A DNA stretch of 64,000 bases. Origin: Planctomycetota bacterium. Lineage in GTDB: Bacteria > Planctomycetota > UBA1135 > UBA2386. The notes beneath the pieces were generated by a model. The model saw only the letters and a list, made by a program, of their open reading frames with translations, made no database searches and was not told the origin of the DNA. The translations under genes were made by a program, and so were the position numbers. The stretch is taken from positions 1,258,265-1,322,264 of the forward strand of contig CBDFNI010000009.1 in the NCBI GenBank assembly GCA_965250175.1, in the 5' to 3' direction. This document shows, one piece after another, positions 18,588 to 28,038 of this stretch. Within the stretch, counting starts at the first letter, position 1, and the number at the start of each line of letters is the position of its first letter.

Positions 18588-20070
18588 ATTGGGGCCTCGA
18601 ATCCACGAACCGCTTTTCTTTGATCTCTGTCTCCATGCCCACCTTCTGCAGCATCTCCTCCAAAGGCAGGAACTCCACCCGGTTGGGGGAGATCTCAATG
18701 CGTCCCTTGAAGGCTTCCTGGATTTTCATGCGAGTGACTTCCTCGTCGGCATTGCCGCGCAGGGCTAGATGTACCACGACCTGGTCTACTTCCAGTGGGT
18801 CATTGTCCTTCTTGATCAACTCCACCTGCCACTCGTCGACTTCGGTCAAGTTGCTCAAGATTTCGGCGCAGTCTTCCAGGTTCACCAGGGTGCCTTTGAT
18901 CTTCAGTAGCTGTAGATCCTTGAGGCTGCTTTCCCGGGTCAGGTTGCTGCTGATGCGTGGGGTGGTGCGACCACAGTGTGGACAGGGCTCATATTGGATG
19001 CCGCCGCGCACCAGATCACCGGTGCGGTAACGGAAGACCGTGCTGCCCCGGCCGGTGATGGGAGTGAAGACCAGTTCGCCATCTTCTCCCTCCGGCACAA
19101 CCTGGCCAGTTTTGGGATCGATGACCTCGAAGATCGCCAGGTCCGGATACAAATGGTAGCCGGAGTAGCAGTCCGTCTCCTCGGTGGGACATTCGGCAAA
19201 GGCCATACGCGCTTCGGTGAAGCCATAGGTGCCAAAGACCTTGACCTGCTTGGCACCCATCTCCGCCAGCATTTCGCGGATCTTCTCCTTCATGCCCGGG
19301 GGCACCCGCTCGGCGCCCAGCACCACGGATTTGACTGCAGACATGTCCACCCCCTCTGCCACGCCGCGGCGCAGGAGATGATAGACATAGCCGGGCACGC
19401 CAAGCAAAGCCTGCGCCCTGGTGCGACTGATGGCTCGCAGGTCACCGGAGCTGCCCATGACCTTGCCGCCACCTGTGCTCAGCACCATCATGCCGCTTTC
19501 AAAGCCAGCAGAGACCACCTGCCAAAAGGCCAGATGTGGTGCGTAGGGGAAGATGTTCACCACTCGGAATTCCGGATTCAGCCCCAGCACCTGCACCAGC
19601 CGGCGGCCGGTGTAGCGAAGGCGTTGCAAATCGTGGCTCGAGTAGAAGAAGGGCACCGGCTCCGCAGAACGTCCCGTGGTGAAGGTCATGAAGCAGGGAT
19701 AGAACTCCCGGCGAATCTTCTCCTTCACCCAGTCCTTGCCTTTCATCCAGGATTGCAGCAGCAGCGGCAGCTTGCGCTGCAGGGGCCAGGCATTCTTGAT
19801 GGCTGCTGCGTCCGGTTGCAGGATGAACTTCTTGAAGCGCTGCAGGTCTTCCTCGGTGGGCAGCAGGTCGGATTTGCTGGTGGCTGGCAGCCGCTGTAGA
19901 TCCGCCACCGAACGGATCTGCTCTGGTCTGACCCCATGCCGGTCAAAATGGTCCTTATAGAACGGGCTGAATGGGTAGAGGTATTCCTGGACGTAGCGAG
20001 CTAGCTGCTTGTCTTGGTAGCTCCGCATCTGGCCTCTCGACCATTTCTCAACCTCTTGCCAATTTGCCAT
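18580..20070 (-). CDS. phenylacetate-CoA ligase family (PaaK-like adenylate-forming enzyme)
   Basis: PaaK/F390-synthetase-like organisation (...FTTGRSAEP..., YRTGDLVRG...CPHCGRTTPRI); 8-nt overlap with the thiolase start. Confidence 0.75.
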   Translation of the reverse strand: MANWQEVEKWSRGQMRSYQDKQLARYVQEYLYPFSPFYKDHFDRHGVRPEQIRSVADLQRLPATSKSDLLPTEEDLQRFKKFILQPDAAAIKNAWPLQRKLPLLLQSWMKGKDWVKEKIRREFYPCFMTFTTGRSAEPVPFFYSSHDLQRLRYTGRRLVQVLGLNPEFRVVNIFPYAPHLAFWQVVSAGFESGMMVLSTGGGKVMGSSGDLRAISRTRAQALLGVPGYVYHLLRRGVAEGVDMSAVKSVVLGAERVPPGMKEKIREMLAEMGAKQVKVFGTYGFTEARMAFAECPTEETDCYSGYHLYPDLAIFEVIDPKTGQVVPEGEDGELVFTPITGRGSTVFRYRTGDLVRGGIQYEPCPHCGRTTPRISSNLTRESSLKDLQLLKIKGTLVNLEDCAEILSNLTEVDEWQVELIKKDNDPLEVDQVVVHLALRGNADEEVTRMKIQEAFKGRIEISPNRVEFLPLEEMLQKVGMETEIKEKRFVDSRPQYD

Positions 20071-20240
20071 AGTGCAGTGGTGTTAACCCCAACGGTATGT
20101 TCTAGCTCCAGAATCCGGGCTGGTTTCAGGCAACTTGCCCTTTGATCCGATCTATCGACAACCAGGGGAGGGATCTTTCTCTCCCTTGTGTGCAGGTTCT
20201 GAACAACCCTTGCGGCGCAGAACATAGGAACAACGGACTT

Positions 20241-21362
20241 ATGTCATATCCAACGGCTTTGAATGGCTCTGCCAACGGCAGCACCCCCTCCTATCGGCCC
20301 AGGACCATTCTGGTGCTGGGGGGCGGCGGCATGCGCGGTTGGGCCCATATCGGAGTGATTCGGGCCCTGGAGCGCCTGGGATTGCACGTGGATGAGGTCA
20401 TTGGCACCAGCATGGGGGCGGTGATTGGTGCGCAGTACGCTGCGGGGGTGGATTCCCAGGGCATCGAAGAGGTGGCGGAAGAGTTTTCCGTGAAGGACTA
20501 CTTCAAGATCAACATCCTGAAGTTCCTGGTTAAGGGCTACCGGCATGCTTCGGTCTACAAGGGCAAGGCGTTTCGCGATGCCTTGGCCAAGAACCTGCCG
20601 CAGAACACCTTCGCTGGTCTCAACATGCCCTTCTTCTGCAATGCGCTGTCGTTGACCTCGGGCACCATGCAGTACTTTGGCCTGCCCAAGGCGCCGCCGA
20701 TTTCGCTGGCGGACGCGGTCTACGCCAGCGCTTGCTTGCCCGGCGTGTTTGAACCCTTGGAATTGGACGGCGACAGCTTCATCGATGGTGGCATGGCGGA
20801 GACCTTGTGCCTGAAGTTGGCCCATGCCCGCCGCCCGGATCTGATCATCGCCGTAGACCTGACCATCAAGGATCATCACAAGAAGGTTCCCTACCGTCCC
20901 ACCCTGCCGCACATCCTGTTCCAGACCTATGAACTCATGGGAGTTGCCTTGAACGAGCACAACCTGCATCGCTATGCCGACAACAAGGTGGTGTTGATCA
21001 AGCCCAAGGTGGCGCACATCGGTGTGCTGGATGACCCTGACGTGAGCGAGCTGATCCGTATTGGCGAGCGCGAGGCCTTGGAAGTCCTGAGTACCCATGC
21101 CCTCACCCGTTACAGCTGTGCTGTGGATGTGGTGGAAGAAGTGGATCGCACCATTCGCGAGCCCCGGGACTATGTGCAGCTGGATGTGGACATGAATGCC
21201 TGCATCAACTGTGGCGTCTGTGCCGTCACCTGTGCGACGGACGGTTATGCGGCCCTGCCCATGGGCAATGTGGTGCGCAAACTGCACAACTACGAGTGCA
21301 CCAGGGATATGGCCTGCGAGCGCAGTTGCCCTACCCGCGCCATTCGTCTGCGCAACCTCTAG
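20241..21362 (+). CDS. patatin-like phospholipase fused to a C-terminal 2x[4Fe-4S] ferredoxin domain
   Basis: Patatin motifs LGGGGMRGWAHIGV (GGxR) and GTSMG (GxSxG); C-terminus CINCGVCAVTCA ... CERSCP are two ferredoxin-type Cys clusters. Confidence 0.7.
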   Translation: MSYPTALNGSANGSTPSYRPRTILVLGGGGMRGWAHIGVIRALERLGLHVDEVIGTSMGAVIGAQYAAGVDSQGIEEVAEEFSVKDYFKINILKFLVKGYRHASVYKGKAFRDALAKNLPQNTFAGLNMPFFCNALSLTSGTMQYFGLPKAPPISLADAVYASACLPGVFEPLELDGDSFIDGGMAETLCLKLAHARRPDLIIAVDLTIKDHHKKVPYRPTLPHILFQTYELMGVALNEHNLHRYADNKVVLIKPKVAHIGVLDDPDVSELIRIGEREALEVLSTHALTRYSCAVDVVEEVDRTIREPRDYVQLDVDMNACINCGVCAVTCATDGYAALPMGNVVRKLHNYECTRDMACERSCPTRAIRLRNL

Positions 21363-21412
21363 CCTTCGCGATTGTCTAGGACCGGCTTCTAGGGCAAGCT
21401 AAGTCGCTGCTT

Positions 21413-22141
21413 ATGAATACATCCTCCACAGCCATCGTTGTCGGTGCTTCTTCAGGTATCGGTGAAGCCCTGGCCCGTCGTCTCGCAGCCCAAGGTCGCA
21501 AGGTCGCCCTGCTGGCTCGCCGCACCGAAGAGATTCAACGCATTGCCCAAGAGATTGGCGGCAAGGCCTATGTCCACGACGTCTGCCAGGCAGGCGAAGT
21601 CGAGGGCCTATGGCAACAAATCGAAGCGGACCTGGGGCCGGTGGGATCCCTGTTCTATGCCGCCGGCGTCATGCCCCCCTTGCAAGAAGACGAGTATGAC
21701 ACCGACAAAGACCTGCAACAGGTGCAGGTGAACACCATGGGTAGCATGGCCTGGGTGAACGCCGCCAGCCGTCGCTTTGCCAGCAAAGGCAGCGGCGAGA
21801 TTGTCGGCATCAGTTCGGTGGCCCAGGATCGCGGGCGTGTGGGCCGGCCGGGTTACAATGCTTCCAAGGCCGGCATGGACGTGCACCTGGAAGGGGTGCG
21901 CAACCGGCTATGGCGTCAAGGCGTGGTGGTTACCACCATCCGTCCCGGCTTCGTGCAGACTCCCATGACCGAAGGAGTGGAGGGCATGTTCTGGGTCATT
22001 TCCGCCGACCGGGCGGCGGAATTGGTCCTGCGCTCCGTCGCCAAGAAGAAGGCAGTGGCCTACATCCCAGCTCGTTGGCGTCTGGTCATGTTCATCATTC
22101 GCAACATTCCTTCCTTCATTTTCCGCAGGCTGAAAGTTTGA
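21413..22141 (+). CDS. DprE2-like short-chain dehydrogenase/reductase
   Basis: TGxxxGIG N-terminus (VVGASSGIGEALA); C-terminus AYIPARWRLVMFIIRNIPSFIFRRLKV matches M. tuberculosis DprE2 [27 protein letters not shown]. Confidence 0.75.
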   Translation: MNTSSTAIVVGASSGIGEALARRLAAQGRKVALLARRTEEIQRIAQEIGGKAYVHDVCQAGEVEGLWQQIEADLGPVGSLFYAAGVMPPLQEDEYDTDKDLQQVQVNTMGSMAWVNAASRRFASKGSGEIVGISSVAQDRGRVGRPGYNASKAGMDVHLEGVRNRLWRQGVVVTTIRPGFVQTPMTEGVEGMFWVISADRAAELVLRSVAKKKAVAYIPARWRLVMFIIRNIPSFIFRRLKV

Positions 22142-23547
22142 CTTCCTGGCAAGAGGAATTGGTCCAGGGCTGGGGCATGGCGGTCTCCGGCCGCTCTCAG
22201 GTCTGCCGCCCGCAGGATGCAGAGACAGTTGCCCAGGCCATGTCGGAGGTGCAGGGCAAAGGTGGGAGCCTGGCTCTGCGTGGCTCCGGCTGCAGCTATG
22301 GCGATGCCTCCTTGAACAGCGGTGGCCACCTCCTGGACATGACCAGGATGAATCGGCTGCTGGACTTTGACGTCGAAACCGGTGTGGCCCTGGTAGAGCC
22401 TGGCGTGACCATCCGGCAGCTGTGGCGGCATGCCATTACCTTTGGTTATTGGCCGGCGGTGGTGCCGGGCACCATGGAAGTAAGTTGTGGAGGAGCGGCG
22501 GCCATGAACATCCATGGCAAGAACAACTTTGCCCTGGGCAGCTTTGGTGAACACATCCTCAGCTTCCGCCTGCTGACTCCCCAGGGCGAAATCCTGGACT
22601 GCTCCCGGCAGGAGAATGCGCAGGTCTTCCACGGGGCCATCGGCGGCTTTGGCATGCTGGGGTGCTTTTTGCAGCTGCGCCTGCAGTTGAAGAAGGTGTA
22701 CTCCGGTCGCCTGCGGGTCACCGCTGTGGCGACAGCAGACTTGCAGGCCAACCTGGCCTACATGAATGAGCACAAGGACAGTGCCGACTACCTGGTGGGT
22801 TGGCTGGATTACTATGGCAAGGGCAAGGCCTTGGGTCGCGGTCTGATTCACCGCGGGGATCAGTGCAAGGCCGGCGAGGATCCGGCGGGCGAGAAGTTGC
22901 TGCAGCCCGAGTTGCAGGATGTGCCTTCAAGAATCATGGGCATCTATCCCAAGGCCTGGGCCTGGCCTGGCATGTGGTGCGTCGTCAAGGGCGGCATGCT
23001 GCGCTTCTTGAATGCTGCCAAGTTCCGCGCCGGCACCATGGAAGCCAATAAGCCGCCGTACCTGCAAACCCACGGTGCCTTCCACTTCCTGCTGGACTAT
23101 GTGCCCAATTGGAAGAAGGCCTTCAGCCCCGGTGGCCTGATCCAGTTCCAACCCTTCGTGCCCGCTAATGAGGCGGCGCGGGTGTTGGGCAAGCTCATTG
23201 AGATGAGCCAGCAGCGGGGCTTCATCCCCTACCTGGGGGTGCTGAAGCGCCACCGTCCTGATCCCTTCTTGATGACCCATGCGGTGGATGGCTTTTCCAT
23301 GGCCATGGACTATGCGGTGACTCAGGGGCGGCGGCAGCGGCTCTGGCATCTCTGCCGGGACATGGCCGAGGTGGTGCTGGAGGCGGGGGGGCGCTTCTAC
23401 TATGCCAAGGATGCGGTATTGCAGGCATCTTCCTTCGGCCGCATCCACGGCAGCCAGGCGGAGCAGGAGTTCCGCGCCCTCAAGGCCCAGCTGGATCCCC
23501 AGGGTCTTCTGCAAACAGATCTCTCCCGGCGGCTGTTAGGCCCTTAA
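22138..23547 (+). CDS. DprE1-like FAD-dependent oxidoreductase
   Basis: Collinear with Mtb DprE1: GWG N-terminal motif, LALRGSGCSYGDASLNSGGHLLDM, PGTMEVSCGGAAAMNIHGKNNFALGSFGEHI, LIQFQPFVPANEA, GGRFYYAKD; TTG start overlaps the DprE2-like stop (TTGA), alternative ATG at 22177. Confidence 0.8.
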   Translation: MTSWQEELVQGWGMAVSGRSQVCRPQDAETVAQAMSEVQGKGGSLALRGSGCSYGDASLNSGGHLLDMTRMNRLLDFDVETGVALVEPGVTIRQLWRHAITFGYWPAVVPGTMEVSCGGAAAMNIHGKNNFALGSFGEHILSFRLLTPQGEILDCSRQENAQVFHGAIGGFGMLGCFLQLRLQLKKVYSGRLRVTAVATADLQANLAYMNEHKDSADYLVGWLDYYGKGKALGRGLIHRGDQCKAGEDPAGEKLLQPELQDVPSRIMGIYPKAWAWPGMWCVVKGGMLRFLNAAKFRAGTMEANKPPYLQTHGAFHFLLDYVPNWKKAFSPGGLIQFQPFVPANEAARVLGKLIEMSQQRGFIPYLGVLKRHRPDPFLMTHAVDGFSMAMDYAVTQGRRQRLWHLCRDMAEVVLEAGGRFYYAKDAVLQASSFGRIHGSQAEQEFRALKAQLDPQGLLQTDLSRRLLGP

Positions 23548-23889
23548 CAAGAGAGGGGAGGCGCGGTAGACTGCCGCCGGTCCAGCCCAGGGAGGGCTAG
23601 ATTCCTGCTGGAATCCTGGCAGGAAGGTATACGATGGGCCGTAATAGGTGCGGAATGAAGGCAAACCGCCAGCCTGTCGATAAAAGAGACATCGGTGCAT
23701 GAGACATCGATCAACATTCAACTTAGGCGCCCTTTGGAGGAGCCCCATTTGATCCCGGCAGACGGAGTCCGGTAAGCGGGGCATGAAAAGACCGGCGAGG
23801 CCGGCAGGAACGCGAAGGTCGCGTTCGCCTGACCAAGAGTCGGGCAAGAGATAATCAGTAAGCCGTTAGGCAAGAGAAAAACAAACAAC
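23548..23889 (+). promoter_or_regulatory. long (~340 nt) 5' leader/promoter region upstream of rhlE
   Basis: No credible ORF; DEAD-box helicase genes commonly carry long structured 5' UTRs. Confidence 0.3.
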
Positions 23890-25161
23890 GTGACATTCAA
23901 GAAGCTCGGGCTAAGCAAGCCCATCTTGGATGGAGTCAGGGCCGCCGGATATGAGGCGCCCACCGAAATTCAACAGAACTCCATCCCTCTCGTGCTCGAC
24001 GGGCACGACCTTATTTCCTGTGGCGAAACCGGATCCGGCAAGACCGCAGCCTTTGGCCTGCCCATCCTGGAAGGGATGTTGGACCTCGAACCCGGCCTGC
24101 GTGCCGTCATCCTGGTACCAACTCGCGAACTCTGCGTGCAGGTGGCAGAAAACCTGCGCTTGTATGCCAGCCACACTGACATCAAAGTTTGCACCGCCTT
24201 TGGTGGTGTGAACATGAGCATCCAAGAGTCCGCCTTCAAGCGCGGCTTGGATGTGGTGGTTGGCTGTCCTGGTCGGATGATCGATCATCTGGAGCGGGGT
24301 AACTTCGAACTGTCCAAGGTTACGACCCTGGTGCTGGACGAAGCGGACCGCATGCTGGACATGGGCTTCATGCCGCAGATCCAGAAGATCCTCATGCGCT
24401 GCCCTGATGATCGGCAGAACCTGCTGTTCTCCGCCACCATGCCGCCGGAAGTGTCGCACCTGTGCAAGGACTTCTTGCCCGACGCCAAAAAGATCCAGGT
24501 GGGTCGGCGTTCACAGGCGGCGGCCACCATCAGCCATGAATTTGTCCAGGTGAATGGCTCGGACAAGATCCGCAAACTGGAAGATGTGCTCAGCAGGGAG
24601 CGGGGTCGGGTGCTGATCTTCGTCAAGACCAAGCTGGGAGCCCAGCGTCTGGGCAACTCCCTGCGCAAAGATGGTCTGGCGGCGGATTCCATCCACGGCG
24701 ACAAATCAGCCGAGTCTCGTTACACGGTGCTGCAGGCCTTCAACCGCGGCAAGATTCGTTGCCTGGTGGCCACGGACGTGGCGGCTCGCGGTATCGATGT
24801 GGACGACATCACCCTGGTGGTGAACTACGACATGCCCCGGGCAGTGGAAGACTATGTGCACCGGGTGGGCCGTACTGGCCGCGCCGGCAACAAGGGTCGC
24901 GCCCTGAGTCTGGTCACTGGGGCGGATCGGGGTGTGCATAATGCCATCCTGCACAACCTGGATGCGAAGACCGACAAGGAAGCTGGCGAAGCCTCTCAGG
25001 AAGGGGTGGCGGCGACGGAAGCACGAGAAGGTCGTGGTCGCGGTGGTGGTGGAAGAAGTGGCGGCGGCGGTCGAAACGGCGGCGGTCGCGGAGGCCCGCG
25101 CCGCAGCGGTGCCCCTGTAGGAGGTCGATCCTCCGGTGGCCGGTCTTCTGGTCGCCGATAA
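23890..25161 (+). CDS. rhlE: ATP-dependent DEAD-box RNA helicase
   Basis: Q-motif, GSGKT, DEAD (VLDEADRMLDMGF), SAT, HRVGRTGRAG, and a C-terminal RGG-rich tail; GTG start. Confidence 0.85.
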   Translation: MTFKKLGLSKPILDGVRAAGYEAPTEIQQNSIPLVLDGHDLISCGETGSGKTAAFGLPILEGMLDLEPGLRAVILVPTRELCVQVAENLRLYASHTDIKVCTAFGGVNMSIQESAFKRGLDVVVGCPGRMIDHLERGNFELSKVTTLVLDEADRMLDMGFMPQIQKILMRCPDDRQNLLFSATMPPEVSHLCKDFLPDAKKIQVGRRSQAAATISHEFVQVNGSDKIRKLEDVLSRERGRVLIFVKTKLGAQRLGNSLRKDGLAADSIHGDKSAESRYTVLQAFNRGKIRCLVATDVAARGIDVDDITLVVNYDMPRAVEDYVHRVGRTGRAGNKGRALSLVTGADRGVHNAILHNLDAKTDKEAGEASQEGVAATEAREGRGRGGGGRSGGGGRNGGGRGGPRRSGAPVGGRSSGGRSSGRR

Positions 25162-25240
25162 GAAGTAGTTTGCAGTTCTGCTGAAATAGAACAGCCCGTT
25201 GGTTCGTAGAACGGCTGTCCTATCCCTCCAGACAGAACTC

Positions 25241-25930
25241 ATGGAACCCTACTTCTTATACTTCGCTCTCATTGTCCCCTTTGCCCTGCTGGCCATGTGG
25301 GCCAGCAGCCGGGTCAAAGGCACCTTCCACAAGTACAGCAAGGTGGCCATTCGCAGTGGCTACTCCGGTGCCGATGCGGCCCGAGCCATCCTGCAGGGCG
25401 CCGGCATTCATGACGTACAGATCCAACCGGTGCCGGGCATGCTTTCCGACCACTATGATCCGCGGCGCAAGGTGGTCTGCCTCTCCGGCGAGATCCTGAA
25501 CGGCCGCTCGGTGGCGGCGGTGGCGGTGGCGGCACACGAAGTGGGTCACGCCATCCAGCACGCCCAGGCCTATGCGCCCATGGCCTGGCGCGCCTCCCTG
25601 GTGCCAGTGGTCAGCCTTAGCAATCGGTTGGCTTTTCCCATGATCCTTGTTGGCATCCTTGTCAGCACATTGTCGCCTTTGGCATGGATCGGGGTGGCTG
25701 CATTTGGCGCTGCGGTCCTGTTCCACCTGGTGACCCTGCCGGTGGAATACGACGCCTCTTTTCGGGCGATGAAGATCCTGGAAGGTTCGGGCATTGTGGC
25801 TGCGGACGAAATGCCCGGTGTGCGCAAGACGCTGTACGCCGCCGGCTTCACCTATGTGGCCGCCACTCTGGTGGCCGCCGCCCAGCTGCTTTACTTCGTG
25901 ATGATGGTGATGGGTTCCAGTCGCGACTAG
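25241..25930 (+). CDS. zinc metallopeptidase (Zn_peptidase_2 / neutral zinc metallopeptidase family), membrane-anchored
   Basis: HEVGHAIQH zinc-binding motif with flanking transmembrane helices. Confidence 0.65.
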   Translation: MEPYFLYFALIVPFALLAMWASSRVKGTFHKYSKVAIRSGYSGADAARAILQGAGIHDVQIQPVPGMLSDHYDPRRKVVCLSGEILNGRSVAAVAVAAHEVGHAIQHAQAYAPMAWRASLVPVVSLSNRLAFPMILVGILVSTLSPLAWIGVAAFGAAVLFHLVTLPVEYDASFRAMKILEGSGIVAADEMPGVRKTLYAAGFTYVAATLVAAAQLLYFVMMVMGSSRD

Positions 25931-26002
25931 AGTCGCGGTCTTGTTTCCTCAACATGACCCGGCGAAACTACTGCGCATGGGGTTCCTATCTATGAGGCAG
26001 AG

Positions 26003-26575
26003 TTGCTAGTTTCCATCTGGTGGGTGGAGATCCTGGCTGTTGGAATCCTGCCGGCCTTGGCCTTGGGTTGGTTTTTAAAACTGGGGAGGGATCGGGTAAG
26101 TGACAACCCACGCGGCCCAGGGCACATGTTGGAACTGCGTTTGGGTTTGAAGCTCATTGCTCTCTACTCTCTTTTGGTCATGGTCCCGGTGGTGGTAGTG
26201 GTTGGCATGGAAAAGGTCGGCCCAGACTTTTTCATGGCAGTCCTGGCATTTGCCGTCTTAGGGCTCGTTGCTCTCTTCATGCTGCGGGAGAAGATTCTGG
26301 TGGATGAAGATGGGTTGACCCGCATTCCGCCTTTTGGTTCCGAACTGAACATCCCCTGGTCGGCAGTAGAACATGTGCGTCTGGCCAAGCCCGACAAGCA
26401 TCTACACAAGAAGGCGCCCGTGAATAGACCCCTGAAGATCACTGCCCGGGATGGACGTGGCTTTACGATTCACGGCTACATTGCTGGTACCCAGGTGCTG
26501 AAAGAATACTGCCAGCGTCACCTGCAACCCCTGCAGTACCGGCAGGCCTTCAGTTCCCTGGTGCGCCGGCAGTAG
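26003..26575 (+). CDS. hypothetical membrane protein (possible bacterial PH-like domain)
   Basis: Two N-terminal transmembrane segments followed by a soluble domain. Confidence 0.4.
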   Translation: MLVSIWWVEILAVGILPALALGWFLKLGRDRVSDNPRGPGHMLELRLGLKLIALYSLLVMVPVVVVVGMEKVGPDFFMAVLAFAVLGLVALFMLREKILVDEDGLTRIPPFGSELNIPWSAVEHVRLAKPDKHLHKKAPVNRPLKITARDGRGFTIHGYIAGTQVLKEYCQRHLQPLQYRQAFSSLVRRQ

Positions 26576-26684
26576 GATGGGAACAACGGTGAGGTAGACA
26601 AGATCGCTAGTTCACAGCAGCCATGCCATGGCGCTGGGGGCTAAGGGGTCAATGCCATGGAGATTGCGCGTCGATCCATAGGTC

Positions 26685-27902
26685 GTGCTGCCTATCAACA
26701 TCAAACCCATTCGCTTCCTTGGCATTCTTGCTGGGATCATTGTTGTGGCAGTGGTCGCAGGTCTGACCTTCAAGATCAGGGTTGACCAGCATTGGACTGC
26801 AATGCAGACCTGGGCGGAGGAGCAGCGTCTGGCATGGGAACATAGAAAATTCCAACGCAGTCCCTTGTGGGGCGAGTCACTGCCGGGCAATGCCTGGGAG
26901 GCTTATGATCAGGCCTTTGCAGCTTGTGCTGATCATGTTGACGATGGTGCCGGCGGCATCCTCAACCAACTCATCAACAGGCAGGCGCAGGTTTCGCAAG
27001 AGGAGCAGGCTGCCATACTGAAACGGTGGAGTGAGCCTTTGCAGCTGTTGCAAGCAGGCGCTCACTGTTCAGATAATCGCCGGGCCGTTGTCTGGGAAAA
27101 CGGTTTCAGCAACGTGATGATTCATAACCTTTTGACTGCTAGAAGCCTGTCCAATGCGGCCCACTATCAGGCCCTGGTGCATCTAGAAGCTGGCCGTGGC
27201 GCTGCAGCAGTGCAGATTCTCCTGGATGCGGCAACCATGGGGGCTGACTTCACCCATGCGCCCCTCCTCATTGAGGAGATGATTGGCATTGCTCTTGTCG
27301 CAATCCCAATTCATGCCTTGGAGTCTGAATTTCTGGACGGTCTCAATTCCGAAGCGCTGGAATTGTTGGCTTCAGGTCTGGCCAAATTGGATGATCACTT
27401 CACCCTGATATCGGAGAATGCGTTTTATGAAGTTCTTCTCCTTGCTTACCACAAAGTTGGGGCTGAAGAAGATGACGAATGGGACGAATTGCCAACTGCT
27501 CGCTATGGCTTTTCCAAACGCTTGATGAAGGCCCTATGTGTCCAGGAGCTTCGCAATGCTTACCAGGATCTGGCAAGCAAGCGAAATCTGTCCTGGTCCG
27601 ATCGGCAAGACTACATCCAGCGAAGGGGCGAAATTGTGGCGCAAAGTGACAACCCAATGACCGGGATGTTTATTGCTCCCGCATCTTTGATCTCAGTTGA
27701 GCAGATCAAACGGCAGACTGTGGCCAAGCTGCGGATGCTGCGCATGGAGGTTGACCATCGCCTAGGACGTCAGGTCGTGCCTCTGCCCGATCCTCTGGGT
27801 GATGCGGACCTGACCTTCGCTGTGCATGAGGATGGCATCCGCATCAACAGCGCCGGAAAGATGGGGAATCGCCCCCTACAGCGGCCCATGCCACCGCGCT
27901 AG
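26685..27902 (+). CDS. hypothetical protein with N-terminal transmembrane anchor
   Basis: 405-aa ORF; transmembrane helix ILAGIIVVAVVAGL; no recognisable family. Confidence 0.45.
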   Translation: MLPINIKPIRFLGILAGIIVVAVVAGLTFKIRVDQHWTAMQTWAEEQRLAWEHRKFQRSPLWGESLPGNAWEAYDQAFAACADHVDDGAGGILNQLINRQAQVSQEEQAAILKRWSEPLQLLQAGAHCSDNRRAVVWENGFSNVMIHNLLTARSLSNAAHYQALVHLEAGRGAAAVQILLDAATMGADFTHAPLLIEEMIGIALVAIPIHALESEFLDGLNSEALELLASGLAKLDDHFTLISENAFYEVLLLAYHKVGAEEDDEWDELPTARYGFSKRLMKALCVQELRNAYQDLASKRNLSWSDRQDYIQRRGEIVAQSDNPMTGMFIAPASLISVEQIKRQTVAKLRMLRMEVDHRLGRQVVPLPDPLGDADLTFAVHEDGIRINSAGKMGNRPLQRPMPPR

Positions 27903-28038
27903 TTTGCCGCTGGGGAATAAGGGTGGGCGCTGGGATGAGCAGGGGATTACCCTTTGCGATTCCATCGGTACCGCCCTGTAAGAAGTGGCTGCAGCGACAC
28001 TCCTCTCCCTACAGCCATGGACGCCGGCAAAGATTTGC

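Noticed and set aside
22060-22851. 263-aa minus-strand ORF
   Set aside because: Antisense within the DprE1-like gene, which has strong homology support on the plus strand.
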